Shown here: one piece after another, positions 33,469 to 42,932 of the stretch
How positions within the stretch are numbered: the stretch's first letter is position 1
Layout of the letters: every line of letters starts with the position of its first letter
Source of the DNA: Acidobacteriota bacterium
GTDB taxonomy: Bacteria > Acidobacteriota > UBA6911 > RPQK01 > CBDAPI01
Reading direction: 5' to 3'
DNA length: 64,000 nt
Assembly: GCA_965205615.1 (NCBI GenBank)
Contig: CBDBHK010000020.1
Location: 86,224-150,223, forward strand
Position numbers and translations under genes: made by a program
Notes under the pieces: model-generated
Database searches by the model: none
What the model was told of the DNA's origin: nothing
The model's input: the letters and a program-made list of their open reading frames with translations, nothing else

Positions 33469-33675
33469 TTATTCTTTTTCTACAACGAAGGAAATCTTGG
33501 CATTGAGCCTGTAGTTCGTAACTTTTTCGTCTTTCACGATGGCCTGCAGTCCTTCGATATAGACGTGCTGAATGTTGCGAACGGTCTCCGACGCCTGGCT
33601 CACGGCGTTCTGGGCGGCCTCCTCCCACCCTTTCTTCGATTGAGCGATAACTTCAACAACTTTGACCAGAGACAT
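33469..33675 (-). CDS. dodecin-family flavin-binding protein
   Basis: 68 aa. MSLVKVVEVIAQSKKGWEEAAQNAV..IVKDEKVTNYRLNAKISFVVE matches dodecin architecture and length. Confidence 0.75.
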   Translation of the reverse strand: MSLVKVVEVIAQSKKGWEEAAQNAVSQASETVRNIQHVYIEGLQAIVKDEKVTNYRLNAKISFVVEKE

Positions 33676-33889
33676 ACGGGTTCTCCTTTCTTAACGGGGT
33701 GAGACAGTCACCCGACTCCACTTTACCTGCCTGATAGCTTCTCCGCCAATCTCGCGCCGGCGCACCCGTCGGTTTGGTAGCTTTTCCAGGTCGACATCGT
33801 GTGATACAAAGGGGCGTTCTGATAGCTGAGCTTTTTCAGCCTTATCGGAAACCACAACGCATTTTACTAATGTACAGGAGGGAGTCGAA

Positions 33890-34294
33890 ATGGCAAGCTT
33901 AACCAGTATTGAGGGCATCGGAAAAAGGACCGCCCAGAAGCTTCAGAAGTGTGGCATCGGGTCGACAGCGGCATTGCTGAAACACTGTGCGACGAAAAAG
34001 GGCCGCAAGGCCGTGGCCGCCGAGGCCGGGCTCAGTGAAAAGGTCCTGCTGGGCTGTGTGAACAAGGCCGACCTCTTCCGCATCAAGGGCGGCGGCGAAG
34101 AGTATTCAGACTTGCTCGAGGCTTCTGGCGTCGATACGGTCCCCGAGCTGGCTCAGCGCAACTCCGACAACCTGCACGCCAAGATGACGGGAGTAAACGC
34201 CAAAAAGAAGCTGGTTCGTCAGCTCCCCAGCGCCGGCCAGGTATCCGGCTGGGTCAAGCAGGCCAAGAAACTGCCCCGGGTCATCACCTACTGA
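33890..34294 (+). CDS. DUF4332 (helix-hairpin-helix) domain protein
   Basis: LTSIEGIGKRTAQKLQKCGIGSTAALL and a second HhH-like motif VDTVPELAQRN. This is the typical DUF4332 pattern. Confidence 0.65.
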   Translation: MASLTSIEGIGKRTAQKLQKCGIGSTAALLKHCATKKGRKAVAAEAGLSEKVLLGCVNKADLFRIKGGGEEYSDLLEASGVDTVPELAQRNSDNLHAKMTGVNAKKKLVRQLPSAGQVSGWVKQAKKLPRVITY

Positions 34295-34321
34295 AGGCCC
34301 GACCTCAACGCGTTCAAAGGC

Positions 34322-34783
34322 TCAAGATTCCAGAGGCGGGATCCTCAGAACCTGACCCGGATAAATCCTGTCCGGGTCTTTCAGCATCGGCCGATTGGCC
34401 TCGAAGATCACCGGGTATTTCATGGCGTTGCCGTAGTGCGTTTTGGCGATCGCCGAGAGGGTGTCGCCGCTCTTGACAGTATAGAAGGTCGCTTGCGACT
34501 CCGGGATAACTTGGATGCGATCGTCAACCTGAGCGACTCCCTGGGTATTTCCGACCACTAGAATCACCTTTTCTCGCTCGACCTGATTCTCAACCTGCCC
34601 GGAAACGGTGGCGACGGAGTCCTGGAAGGTGATCGAAAGGTCTTCGACCTTCAGGCCGTTCTTGTGCACCTGTTCGACAAGGCCATCAGCAACGGCCTGG
34701 TTGGCGGCTTCCGGATCCGGTTCATCCCCCCCCAATCCGATCATCTTTCCTGCGTCCCTCACAAAATCGAACAATCCCATACT
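34322..34783 (-). CDS. BON-domain plus LysM peptidoglycan-binding protein
   Basis: BON-like VATVSGQVENQVEREKVILVVGNTQGVAQVDDRIQV, followed by a C-terminal LysM YTVKSGDTLSAIAKTHYGNAMKYPVIFEANRPMLKDPDRIYPGQVLRIP. The start is taken at MGLFDF. Confidence 0.75.
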   Translation of the reverse strand, partial: SMGLFDFVRDAGKMIGLGGDEPDPEAANQAVADGLVEQVHKNGLKVEDLSITFQDSVATVSGQVENQVEREKVILVVGNTQGVAQVDDRIQVIPESQATFYTVKSGDTLSAIAKTHYGNAMKYPVIFEANRPMLKDPDRIYPGQVLRIPPLES

Positions 34784-35116
34784 TTTTTCTCCTTGTTTGC
34801 GATTTGATTTAAAATCTAGAGGGTGAATGAACCCCGAGCACCCTGCTTTCGGGATGAAGGAACCGAACGCCCTTGTGCGACGCGCGGGCTGCACACTGGC
34901 AAAGTAGCAGCTTTTGAGATCGGGACGCAATCCGCTTTCTTCAAACCGGGAGCGGGGAACGGGCGGCAGTCCATGAAGTCCACGGGTGCACTGTGCTCCG
35001 CGATCTCTGAACTTGACGTGGCCTCTGAGCCCCGTTCACTTTTTCGGGCTGCAGAGAAGGCTTGACGCTATGATGGCTGAACCGCGGTAACACGCCAGTA
35101 CGGAGGAAAGCAGAAC

Positions 35117-36175
35117 ATGCGTCACAGGATCTCGGTGATCCCCGGAGATGGAATTGGAGTGGAAGTCATAGCCGAAGGCCTGCGCGTGCTGCAACGAGTC
35201 GCGGCCACCCACCATCTGGATTTACAGTTCGAGCACCACCCCTGGGGCAGTCGCCACTACTTCGAGCACGGGTCGATGATGCCGGACGGGGCCCTGGACC
35301 ACCTCCGGGAGGTGGACGCCATCTACCTGGGCGCGGTTGGTGACCCGAAGCTTCAGGACAACTTCACCCTGAACGGGTTGATTCTGCCCATCCGTCGGAC
35401 ATTTGACCAATTTGCCAACGTGCGGCCCAGCTTTCTCTTCGAGGGCGTCAACTCACCCCTGGCAGGCAAGGCAGCGGGTACGATCGATTGCGTGGTGGTG
35501 CGAGAAAACACGGAGGGAGAATATTCTCAGGTGGGCGGGCGGTCCCACAGCTCTTCGGAGGCCGAAGTCGCGCTTCAAACGTCGGTGTTCACCCGCCACG
35601 GCACCGAGCGGATCATCCGGTTTGCCTTCGATCTGGCCGAGCGGCGGAGAGAGCGCCGCAAGGTCACTTCGATCACCAAGTCGAATGCTATGGGCTACGG
35701 AATGACCTTGTGGGACGAGGTGTTCCAGAGGGTGGCTACAGACCACCCTTCCGTCCAGACCGAGTCTCTGCTCGTTGATGCCGCCTGCATGGACCTCATC
35801 CGGCGCCCGGAAGACTTTGATGTCCTGGTCGCCTCGAATCTCTTCGGAGACATCATCAGCGAGATCACCGCCGCGACCACCGGCAGCCTGGGCCTTGCAG
35901 CCAGCGCCAATATCGATCCATCCGGCACCCATCCGTCCATGTTCGAACCGGTGCATGGATCGGCGCCTGACATTGCGGGAAAGGGGATCGCCAATCCCAT
36001 CGCCGCAATTCTCGCCGGTCAAATGATGCTGGAGCATCTGAATGAACGAGAAGCCTCCAAGGCGATCTATGGAGCTGTGGCCCACTATCTGAAAGAGGGA
36101 GCGAACAAGACCGGAGATCTGGGAGGAACCGCCACCTGCCGGGAAGCCACAGACCAGATTCTCTCTTTCCTCTAG
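35117..36175 (+). CDS. tartrate dehydrogenase / 3-isopropylmalate dehydrogenase family oxidative decarboxylase
   Basis: 352 aa. MRHRISVIPGDGIGVEV… NLFGDIISE… are isocitrate/isopropylmalate dehydrogenase-family hallmarks. It is closest to TtuC-like tartrate dehydrogenases. Confidence 0.8.
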   Translation: MRHRISVIPGDGIGVEVIAEGLRVLQRVAATHHLDLQFEHHPWGSRHYFEHGSMMPDGALDHLREVDAIYLGAVGDPKLQDNFTLNGLILPIRRTFDQFANVRPSFLFEGVNSPLAGKAAGTIDCVVVRENTEGEYSQVGGRSHSSSEAEVALQTSVFTRHGTERIIRFAFDLAERRRERRKVTSITKSNAMGYGMTLWDEVFQRVATDHPSVQTESLLVDAACMDLIRRPEDFDVLVASNLFGDIISEITAATTGSLGLAASANIDPSGTHPSMFEPVHGSAPDIAGKGIANPIAAILAGQMMLEHLNEREASKAIYGAVAHYLKEGANKTGDLGGTATCREATDQILSFL

Positions 36176-36316
36176 TCCTGCTCCGGGCCGAGCGGTCGGA
36201 GCCCCTGACGGAAGCCAGGGGAGAAGCGAGCGGCACTCTTTCGTACACCCTCACCGAGTCCCGGTCGGATCGACCACCCCGCCCGGTTCTGCTACACTTC
36301 GCACCATTCAAACGGC

Positions 36317-36393
36317 GCGCCCGTAGCTCAGTTGGATAGAGCGCTGGTCTCCGGAACCAGAGGCCGCAGGTTCGAATCCTGCCGGGCGTACCA
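36317..36393 (+). tRNA. tRNA-Arg (anticodon CCG)
   Basis: GCGCCCG-TA-GCTC-AGTTGGAT-AGAGC-G-CTGGT-CTCCGGA-ACCAG-AGGCC-GCAGG-TTCGAAT-CCTGC-CGGGCGT-A-CCA. Confidence 0.9.
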
Positions 36394-36799
36394 GTATAAT
36401 CCTTTATCCATCAATAACTTAGCAGCATTATGGCTCTCAACAACCCGTCGGAAAACAGCGGTTTTCTGGCAGATTTCTAACAACTCAGAGAGTTTCAAAG
36501 TCGCCGCCCTGTTTTCCAGGCGGAGATCGGAAGGATGGGCGGCATGATTCAGCGGATCATGTGCATGATGATCGGGTAGTCTTTGACCACCAGATCGCGA
36601 ACGATCAGGTTACCGTTCTCAGTCTCTGTGATCAGTTCGTGCTCGAAGCCATTCAACGCTCAACCACCTCTTCCTAATTCGAGATCACAGTACTAAACCT
36701 GATCTTTCTAACGCTTAACCCTAGCTCCTACAGCAGTTAGCTTCGATTTGGAAACCACTGAAGTGATGGCTTGCTGGAAATTTCAGGGCCCGGGCTCGT

Positions 36800-38881
36800 T
36801 CACGGCGCGGGACAGAGGCTCTCATGTCCGGGCAGGCATTGTTCGACCTCTCCCCCCACCATTGTCATCAGCACGTCGATATCGACGATGCGATCCGGAT
36901 CCACGGTGAGCGGGTTTTCGGAAAGGATAATCAGGTCGGCGAACTTTCCGCTCCGAAGGCTGCCGATGTGGTCCTCCATGAACAGTGCGTGCGCGCCGTT
37001 GATTGTCATCATGCGTAGCGCCTCTTCGACCGTGACCGCTTCGGCAGCCAGCCAGTCCGGCGGATCGCAGACAATGCTGTCGTCGTTCGGGTCGATTTGT
37101 CTCTTCGTTACCAATTCGTAAAGGTCGTGTATCGGCCGGCGACCCCGAGCCAAGACGTCACCGTGCCACGCCACGGGCAAACCCGGATTCAAGTCGATCA
37201 GGGACCGCGCCACACGCACCCACCCATGGACCGCGTCACCGAACGGATGCACGTTACCGATCGCATTAAGGCGGCAAGCGTTTGGCCGGCCTCTCACGAT
37301 CGGTAGAGCACCCAGTTCCCCAAAGCGCGCAAGCTGGTCGGGCCGGATGAAATCAGTATGGTCGACCCGATGCCGCAATACGTTCGGACCACCGCCCAGT
37401 GCTATTTCGATGGCGTCCAGCGTGGCCTCGAGAACTGCGTCTCCACGGGTGTGGATCAGGACCTGGTAACCCCGGTCCTGAACGTCGGTAATCAGCTCGG
37501 CCATCTCTTCTGTGCTGACAAGGAGGTCGCCCCGGTATGGCTGCATGGCGCCCGGCGGGACGAAGATCTCAGGCAGCGGCGGAATGATCGTGCCCATCTT
37601 GGCCCATCCGCAAGGAGGCGGAACAGATCTCAGTTCAGACCCGGCGGCGGGATCTGCGAAAATCTTGACGCCCAGGATGCGAGCCATCTGGTCGGGACGC
37701 CGGTCGGGCGGATAGTCCAGATACCACCCGGCTGGCTGCTCGAGGCCGTCGCACTTGGTGTTGTACGTCAGGTAGAGACTCGGTCGGAGGCGAAGATCCG
37801 TAGTCCCAATCGCGGCCAGGAAGTTCTCCAATTTCTCAGGCGACATCCCGGGTTCGCCGATACTCGTGACACCGCCCTCCAGAACCCACTGCTGGAATGT
37901 GTCCAGCGAGTCGAAGTTTGTAAACCCAAGCGGGTGGGAATGTGTGTCGACGAATCCGGGGAGCAACGTCCGTCCCTGCAGATCGATGTGTTGAGCGTTG
38001 GGTCCAGCGAGGCTCTGGACCTGCTCGTTAGAACCCAGCCCAACGATGGTGGCCCCTCTGACGGCCAGCGCCTGGGCCTGAGGCATGCCGGGCTCCATTG
38101 TCAGGATCTGACCGTTTAAAAAGACAACGACGCCAGGTACTGGACCCACGGGCATGGTGACGAACTCACCCGTCTGGGCTTGAATCACTGTAGCGGCAAT
38201 TCTTCCGCTGGTGGTCGTTCCCTTGATGAGGCCTTCGAAGGTACTCAGGTCCAAAGCGACGCCGGGCTCCGGCTGCCAGGAAATCTGGTCGAAGAAAAGC
38301 GCCCGCTGGCCCATCGGCGGGATCGTCACACTCGCCCTGGCCAGCAGATTGCCGTCTTTGTCAATGAGGCGCAGGTCGACGGTGACTTTGGTGGTTGCCG
38401 GGTTCATGATGGCGAATCCCGTATTCGTCGTGGCGTTCTTGACCATAGCAGCCAAGAATCCGGACTGTCTTTGACTGGCCCCTACGCCGGCAGCGCCAAA
38501 GGCGCCGCTGAAATTGATCACCCCGGTCAACGGTTTGTCTGAGATCACGGCGGCCGATCCCTCTGTCACCGGGCCCATCCCGTCAGTCGTCAGGATCCTC
38601 ATGCCGCAGGCCGGAACGGTCACATCCAGCGTTCCATCGGAAAGGACTTGACCGTTGAGGTCCATTCCACTGAGAGGGTTCCCGGCGTTGTCTTTGATCG
38701 TGATCGTGGCCCGGGCCTCCATGCTCTCGTCAGAGTTGAGCAGGATGAACTGACTGATAATGCGTCCCCCCGCTGACCCGCCGTCTCCAAAGTGGGCAAA
38801 GAGAAGCTCGTGCTCAGTCCGGGCCAGAGCAATACCCGAGAACGTCGAGAAAAGGCACAGCGCTAGACTGACATTCCTCAT
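36800..38881 (-). CDS. secreted amidohydrolase-family (metal-dependent hydrolase) protein with an N-terminal beta-rich domain
   Basis: C-terminal amidohydrolase hallmarks (…LLPGFVDTHSHP… HGD…). The start codon and first four codons (ATG AGG AAT GTC) lie inside an IS-terminus remnant. Confidence 0.75.
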   Translation of the reverse strand: MRNVSLALCLFSTFSGIALARTEHELLFAHFGDGGSAGGRIISQFILLNSDESMEARATITIKDNAGNPLSGMDLNGQVLSDGTLDVTVPACGMRILTTDGMGPVTEGSAAVISDKPLTGVINFSGAFGAAGVGASQRQSGFLAAMVKNATTNTGFAIMNPATTKVTVDLRLIDKDGNLLARASVTIPPMGQRALFFDQISWQPEPGVALDLSTFEGLIKGTTTSGRIAATVIQAQTGEFVTMPVGPVPGVVVFLNGQILTMEPGMPQAQALAVRGATIVGLGSNEQVQSLAGPNAQHIDLQGRTLLPGFVDTHSHPLGFTNFDSLDTFQQWVLEGGVTSIGEPGMSPEKLENFLAAIGTTDLRLRPSLYLTYNTKCDGLEQPAGWYLDYPPDRRPDQMARILGVKIFADPAAGSELRSVPPPCGWAKMGTIIPPLPEIFVPPGAMQPYRGDLLVSTEEMAELITDVQDRGYQVLIHTRGDAVLEATLDAIEIALGGGPNVLRHRVDHTDFIRPDQLARFGELGALPIVRGRPNACRLNAIGNVHPFGDAVHGWVRVARSLIDLNPGLPVAWHGDVLARGRRPIHDLYELVTKRQIDPNDDSIVCDPPDWLAAEAVTVEEALRMMTINGAHALFMEDHIGSLRSGKFADLIILSENPLTVDPDRIVDIDVLMTMVGGEVEQCLPGHESLCPAP

Positions 38882-38950
38882 TTCAGCTTCGGATCCGATT
38901 TCCCCTGGCCGCCCGGTGATGAATGATCAAACCCTATCACCCCCCCAACC
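38866..38950 (-). repeat. solo terminus remnant (~85 bp) of the nested IS1380-like element, oriented outward into the amidohydrolase gene
   Basis: About 88% identical to the right end of the 48889..50527 element (…GGAAATCGGATCCGAAGTTGATATGAGGAATGTCGG). It ends exactly at the amidohydrolase ATG. Confidence 0.65.
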
Positions 38951-39188
38951 TTGCATCAACCATGCTCTCGTGCTTCTTGTGACCATCTGGCTGCCCTCGC
39001 AAAGAAAGTTCGTTCAAGGCTGCGGTCTTCAGATCTCGTTCTCTAACACTTTCTAACCAGACCAGCCAAAATGACAAAGATGAGAGAAACTGAGATGAAA
39101 AGCTCGACCCTCAGTAAGTCCTTGTTCTTGAAGATGATAGGTACTGAGATGAAATGAGAGAAAGTGAGCTAAAAACCTCTGCGTCTTA

Positions 39189-39219
39189 TCTCCGGAACCA
39201 GAGGCCGCAGGTTCGAATT
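39189..39219 (+). repeat. tRNA-Arg(CCG) internal fragment (anticodon arm to T-loop) lacking both ends
   Basis: TCTCCGGAACCAGAGGCCGCAGGTTCGAAT is identical to 36342..36371 of the intact tRNA. It then diverges. Confidence 0.7.
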
Positions 39220-39319
39220 GTTCACTTCGCTCACTGCCGTCCTTCAAGAGGGAATCATTGTCCTCAAGATCAGGCGCGGGCTAGATGCACAATAAGTCGC
39301 CGACGTTTTCTGCCGAGCT

Positions 39320-39420
39320 TACCAGTTATTTATCAATAACTTACGCTGATTCCCACCTTGCGGAAACACCTCTAACCCGGCGATTGTCTGACAGATTTCT
39401 GACAACTCAGAGGAATTCGA
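39320..39420 (+). repeat. diverged (~75% identity) copy of the tRNA-Arg(CCG) 3' flank (36394..36490)
   Basis: Shared blocks TTATCAATAACTTA … CAGATTTCT(A/G)ACAACTCAGAG. Confidence 0.55.
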
Positions 39421-39479
39421 AGAGGACTAACCTTCGTCTATGGATCCTCGTGAGGGGTGTACCGTTCTTTCTGTAATTT

Positions 39480-40900
39480 GAGGAAGGTGAGCTAAAAGGA
39501 TCAGAGGTCTGGGGCAGGATTTCTCCAAAAACTCAAGACAAGAGCAAGGAGGATCCGAATGACCCCAGACCCAGAACAGAGGCTACCACGAGAATTGTTG
39601 AAAGAACTGATCGAAGAAGGCAGCGACGCGTTTCGAGGAGTGTTGGAGAAACTGCTCAACACCGCCATGCAGATGGAACGAGAAGAGTTTCTGGGAGCTC
39701 GACGCTGGGAGCGGAGCGAGCAGCGTCGAGACCACGCCAACGGGTACAAGGCCAAGACGCTGTCAACTCGAGTGGGACAGCTTCAAATCCGGATTCCACA
39801 AGTACGTCACCTGGACTTCTATCCCCGATCCCTGGAGCGAGGGTGCCGCTCGGAGAAAGCCCTGAAGCTGGCCATCGCCGAGATGTACGTGATGGGCGTG
39901 TCGACGCGCAAGGTCACTGAGATTACCGAGCAGCTGTGCGGCACCGAGATCTCCGCCAGCCAGGTCTCAAGAATCTCCAAGCTGCTGGACGACGAACTCG
40001 AGCAGTTTCGCAACCGCCCTTTGGGCAGCTATCCAGTTGTGTACCTGGATGCCCACTACGAGAAGGTCCGTCGCCAGGGCAGCATTCAGGATGTGGCCGT
40101 CTTGAAAGCGACCGGAGTCAACTGCTGGGGCAAGCGGGAGGTGATTGGGGTCAGCTGCCGACTCAGCGAGGCGGAGGTCCACTGGCGAGAGTTTCTGCAG
40201 CAGCTTCAAAAGCGTGGTCTGGAGGGTGTGCAGCTGATTGTCAGCGATGACCACTCAGGACTACGAGCTGCCAGAAGAGCTGTCTTTCCTTCAGTGCCCT
40301 GGCAACGCTGTCAGTTTCACCTGAGCCAGAATGCTCAGCGATACGCCCGCCGATCCGACCAACGTGCCGCCATCGCCACTGACATTCGAGACATCTTCAA
40401 TGCCCCGTCTGGAGGCGAAGCTGAGGCGATGCTTCGGGCCAGAGTCGAGCAATACTACGACCGCAACCCGGAGCTGGCCGATTGGATGGAGACCAATCTG
40501 CCGGAAGGCTTTACGGTCTTTCGTTTTGCACGTTCTACCTGGCGGCGCATTCGCACCAACAACGGGCTGGAGAACCTAAACCGTCAGATTCGCCGGCGTA
40601 CCCGGGTCGTCGGTATCTTTCCAAACACCGAGTCCGCACTACGACTCATCACCGCTGTCGTCGAGGAGATTCACGAAGACTGGCTGATCGGGAAACAGTA
40701 CCTCAGCCTGGTCGATTTCAAACCACAGGAGAATCCGATCTCAGATCACTCTCAGTCAAATTACAGAAAAATAGTTGCTTAGCCTCCTCGTGACGCCTCT
40801 GGTGCCGATCCACCCAGGCGTCCTTATCCCGGCAGGAGGGGGCTAACTTCAGTTTTCGGGTCGCAATGAGCTCGTTCTGTTTAGGTTAGCTGAGTGATTG
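39480..40900 (+). mobile_element. IS256-family insertion sequence (boundaries approximate)
   Basis: A single mutator-type transposase ORF with ~80 nt of 5' flank and ~120 nt of 3' flank. Terminal repeats were not confidently resolved. Confidence 0.5.
39559..40782 (+). CDS. IS256-family (Mutator-type) transposase
   Basis: 407 aa. EEFLGARRWERSEQRRDHANGYKAKTLSTRVGQLQIRIPQVR… YLDAHYEKVR … the DDE core is typical of the IS256 family. Confidence 0.9.
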   Translation: MTPDPEQRLPRELLKELIEEGSDAFRGVLEKLLNTAMQMEREEFLGARRWERSEQRRDHANGYKAKTLSTRVGQLQIRIPQVRHLDFYPRSLERGCRSEKALKLAIAEMYVMGVSTRKVTEITEQLCGTEISASQVSRISKLLDDELEQFRNRPLGSYPVVYLDAHYEKVRRQGSIQDVAVLKATGVNCWGKREVIGVSCRLSEAEVHWREFLQQLQKRGLEGVQLIVSDDHSGLRAARRAVFPSVPWQRCQFHLSQNAQRYARRSDQRAAIATDIRDIFNAPSGGEAEAMLRARVEQYYDRNPELADWMETNLPEGFTVFRFARSTWRRIRTNNGLENLNRQIRRRTRVVGIFPNTESALRLITAVVEEIHEDWLIGKQYLSLVDFKPQENPISDHSQSNYRKIVA

Positions 40901-41143
40901 TTGGATCGACTTCTTGGTGAAAGACTATAAGCTAATTCGGTCTTTCCTTTAATAAGCGGCGCCTCCCCGACGTGCTTGGTGAAGAGCTATTCGACGAACC
41001 GAGTAGATAGGAGAATCCCCATTGCGTCATCTGCGTCCCCTCCCGATGAGCGGGAACGCTGTCGCGCACGGAGGAGGAAGAATTCACCTCCGGGGTTGAG
41101 CCCCTTCGACATACATGTCATACTCGTACATCGAGGAAGAGAA

Positions 41144-41356
41144 ATGCTGTCAGTTCGACTGGACCCGAAGATCGAGAAGCGCCTGAAGGCTCTGGCCGCG
41201 AAGACGGGCCGAACCAAGACCTACTACGTCCGCGAAGCCATTCTGGAACACCTCGAGGACATGGAAGACCGCTATCTGGCGATCGAGCGACTGGAAAACC
41301 CTGGCCGGAGATGGACTCTGGAAGAAGTGGAGCAGGAGCTTGACCTGGAAGGTTGA
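41144..41356 (+). CDS. relB: RelB/DinJ-family (ribbon-helix-helix) antitoxin
   Basis: 70 aa. MLSVRLDPKIEKRLKALAAKTGRTKTYYVREAILEHLEDMEDRYLA. Its stop overlaps the start of the toxin gene. Confidence 0.8.
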   Translation: MLSVRLDPKIEKRLKALAAKTGRTKTYYVREAILEHLEDMEDRYLAIERLENPGRRWTLEEVEQELDLEG

Positions 41357-41606
41357 GTTTGACGACCGCGCGCTGAAAGAACTCCGGAAACTTGACCCGC
41401 CCGTTCAGAACCGAATCCTCCTTTTCCTCCGGGAGCGTATCGCCACCGCCGAGGATCCGAAACGATTCGGTAAGCCTCTGACGAGAGGGCAACCTATCTT
41501 GTGGCGTTACCGCATTGGACCCTACCGGCTTATTTGCAGGATTGAGCAAGACCGGCTGGTCGTGTTGGTGCTGGCTGCGGGTCACCGCAGGGAGATTTAC
41601 CGTTAA
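41340..41606 (+). CDS. relE: RelE/ParE-family type II toxin
   Basis: 88 aa. WKVEFDDRALKELRKLDPPVQNRILLFL… YRIGPYRLICRIEQDRLVVLVLAAGHRREIY. Confidence 0.85.
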   Translation: MTWKVEFDDRALKELRKLDPPVQNRILLFLRERIATAEDPKRFGKPLTRGQPILWRYRIGPYRLICRIEQDRLVVLVLAAGHRREIYR

Positions 41607-41684
41607 ACCAGGATTCCATACTTGGATTTCTAAGATCGTCAGGTCTCCGACTTGCAATGGATTCTTGCGCTCCATAGAGACGGG

Positions 41685-42932
41685 TCAGGCCGATTCCGCT
41701 GATTTCCTCTCTACCTGCAACGCCCGACGAACGAGGCGTCCCTTGAAGCGAGTGAGGGGTCTCCAACCCCTGATTGTCAAAGTTTCGAGGTCATCGGGAG
41801 AACTCGTTAACAGCTCGTGGCCGTCACGGGTTACAAGAACTGTGTCCGAATGGCGAACGCCACCCGTACCCTTGATATAGATACCCGGTTCGATGCTGAT
41901 AACCATGTTCTCAGCCAGGACATCCTTGCTTCCCTCGGCAATCCAAGGCGCCTCGTGGTTGCCCAGGCCGAAGCCGTGACCGGTTCTGTGTAGCCTCTGG
42001 TCCCCGGAACCGTAGCCTTCGCTCCGCAGAAAGTCGTTCAATTCTTGGTCCAGATCGGCGCAGGACATGCCCGGTCGCACCAGCGTGAAGGCCCGGCGTC
42101 GAGCCTCCAACATTGCATCGAAAGCCTTCCAGGTCTCACGATCCGGAGGGATGGTGAAGTAGGTGCGTTCGCACTCGGCCGCATAGCCGTTGACGCGCGT
42201 AAGAACCAGAGCAACATGCGGCCCCCCTCCGAGCCGGTCGTTCAATCCTGGAACGGAGTGGGGCTGGGCACTGCGGGGGGCTGCCCAGGTTGCCATGATC
42301 ACTTTCGTCGTCAAAGGTTCAAAATCGTCGACCTCTTTGATGATCTTTCTGGTGATGACACTTGTTCGTGCGAAGCCCTCGGCCACGGAGGCACCTTGAT
42401 AGGAGGCGTCCAGGAGCTGAGTCACACCCTGATCAGCGTACTTCGCGGCACGACGGATCATTGCCAATTCGGTCGGTGTCTTGATTAGACGGAGCTGTTC
42501 AACCAAAGGGTGCATCTCAGTGGCCAAATCCAGGAGCTCATGGAGAGTCTCCAGCCTGAGACTGGGTTCGACACCTACCTTCTGGGCAGTTCCAATCAGT
42601 GAGCGGAGCCGATCCGGCCAGGAGCGGTCCTCCGGGGCCGGATAGTCCCAGTAGGAGTGGACTTCATCTATGTTGTGGGCTTTCCTCAAGTGCTCCTGAT
42701 CCAATCTCGGCACAAGGAGGAGAGGAGCTCTTGCGTTCAGGGGAAATACGACGAGAAAGAAGGGCCTCTCAAGAGGTTCGAAGCCCGCTCCCGTAAGGTA
42801 ATAGATGCTGTCAAACGAAGTGACGAGGAAGAGATCGAGCCCGGCTCGCTCTATGGCGACCCCAAGCTTCGCGAGCCGGTCACGATACTCTTCCTTCGTA
42901 ATGGACAACACTGAGTTCGTCGAGCTCATCAC
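41685..42932 (-). CDS. M24-family metallopeptidase (Xaa-Pro aminopeptidase / creatinase-like)
   Basis: N-terminal creatinase-like domain plus the pita-bread core (HRTGHGFGLGNHEAPW… VISIEPGIY). Confidence 0.85.
   Translation of the reverse strand: MMSSTNSVLSITKEEYRDRLAKLGVAIERAGLDLFLVTSFDSIYYLTGAGFEPLERPFFLVVFPLNARAPLLLVPRLDQEHLRKAHNIDEVHSYWDYPAPEDRSWPDRLRSLIGTAQKVGVEPSLRLETLHELLDLATEMHPLVEQLRLIKTPTELAMIRRAAKYADQGVTQLLDASYQGASVAEGFARTSVITRKIIKEVDDFEPLTTKVIMATWAAPRSAQPHSVPGLNDRLGGGPHVALVLTRVNGYAAECERTYFTIPPDRETWKAFDAMLEARRRAFTLVRPGMSCADLDQELNDFLRSEGYGSGDQRLHRTGHGFGLGNHEAPWIAEGSKDVLAENMVISIEPGIYIKGTGGVRHSDTVLVTRDGHELLTSSPDDLETLTIRGWRPLTRFKGRLVRRALQVERKSAESA

Noticed and set aside
38890-39560. 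Low-GC, repeat-containing stretch (GTGAGCTAAAA recurring at 39165 and 39488) examined as a possible CRISPR array or leader
   Set aside because: There are only two copies of the short repeat. There are no regularly spaced spacers and no cas genes. The stretch is better explained as insertion debris containing a tRNA fragment and a duplicated tRNA flank.
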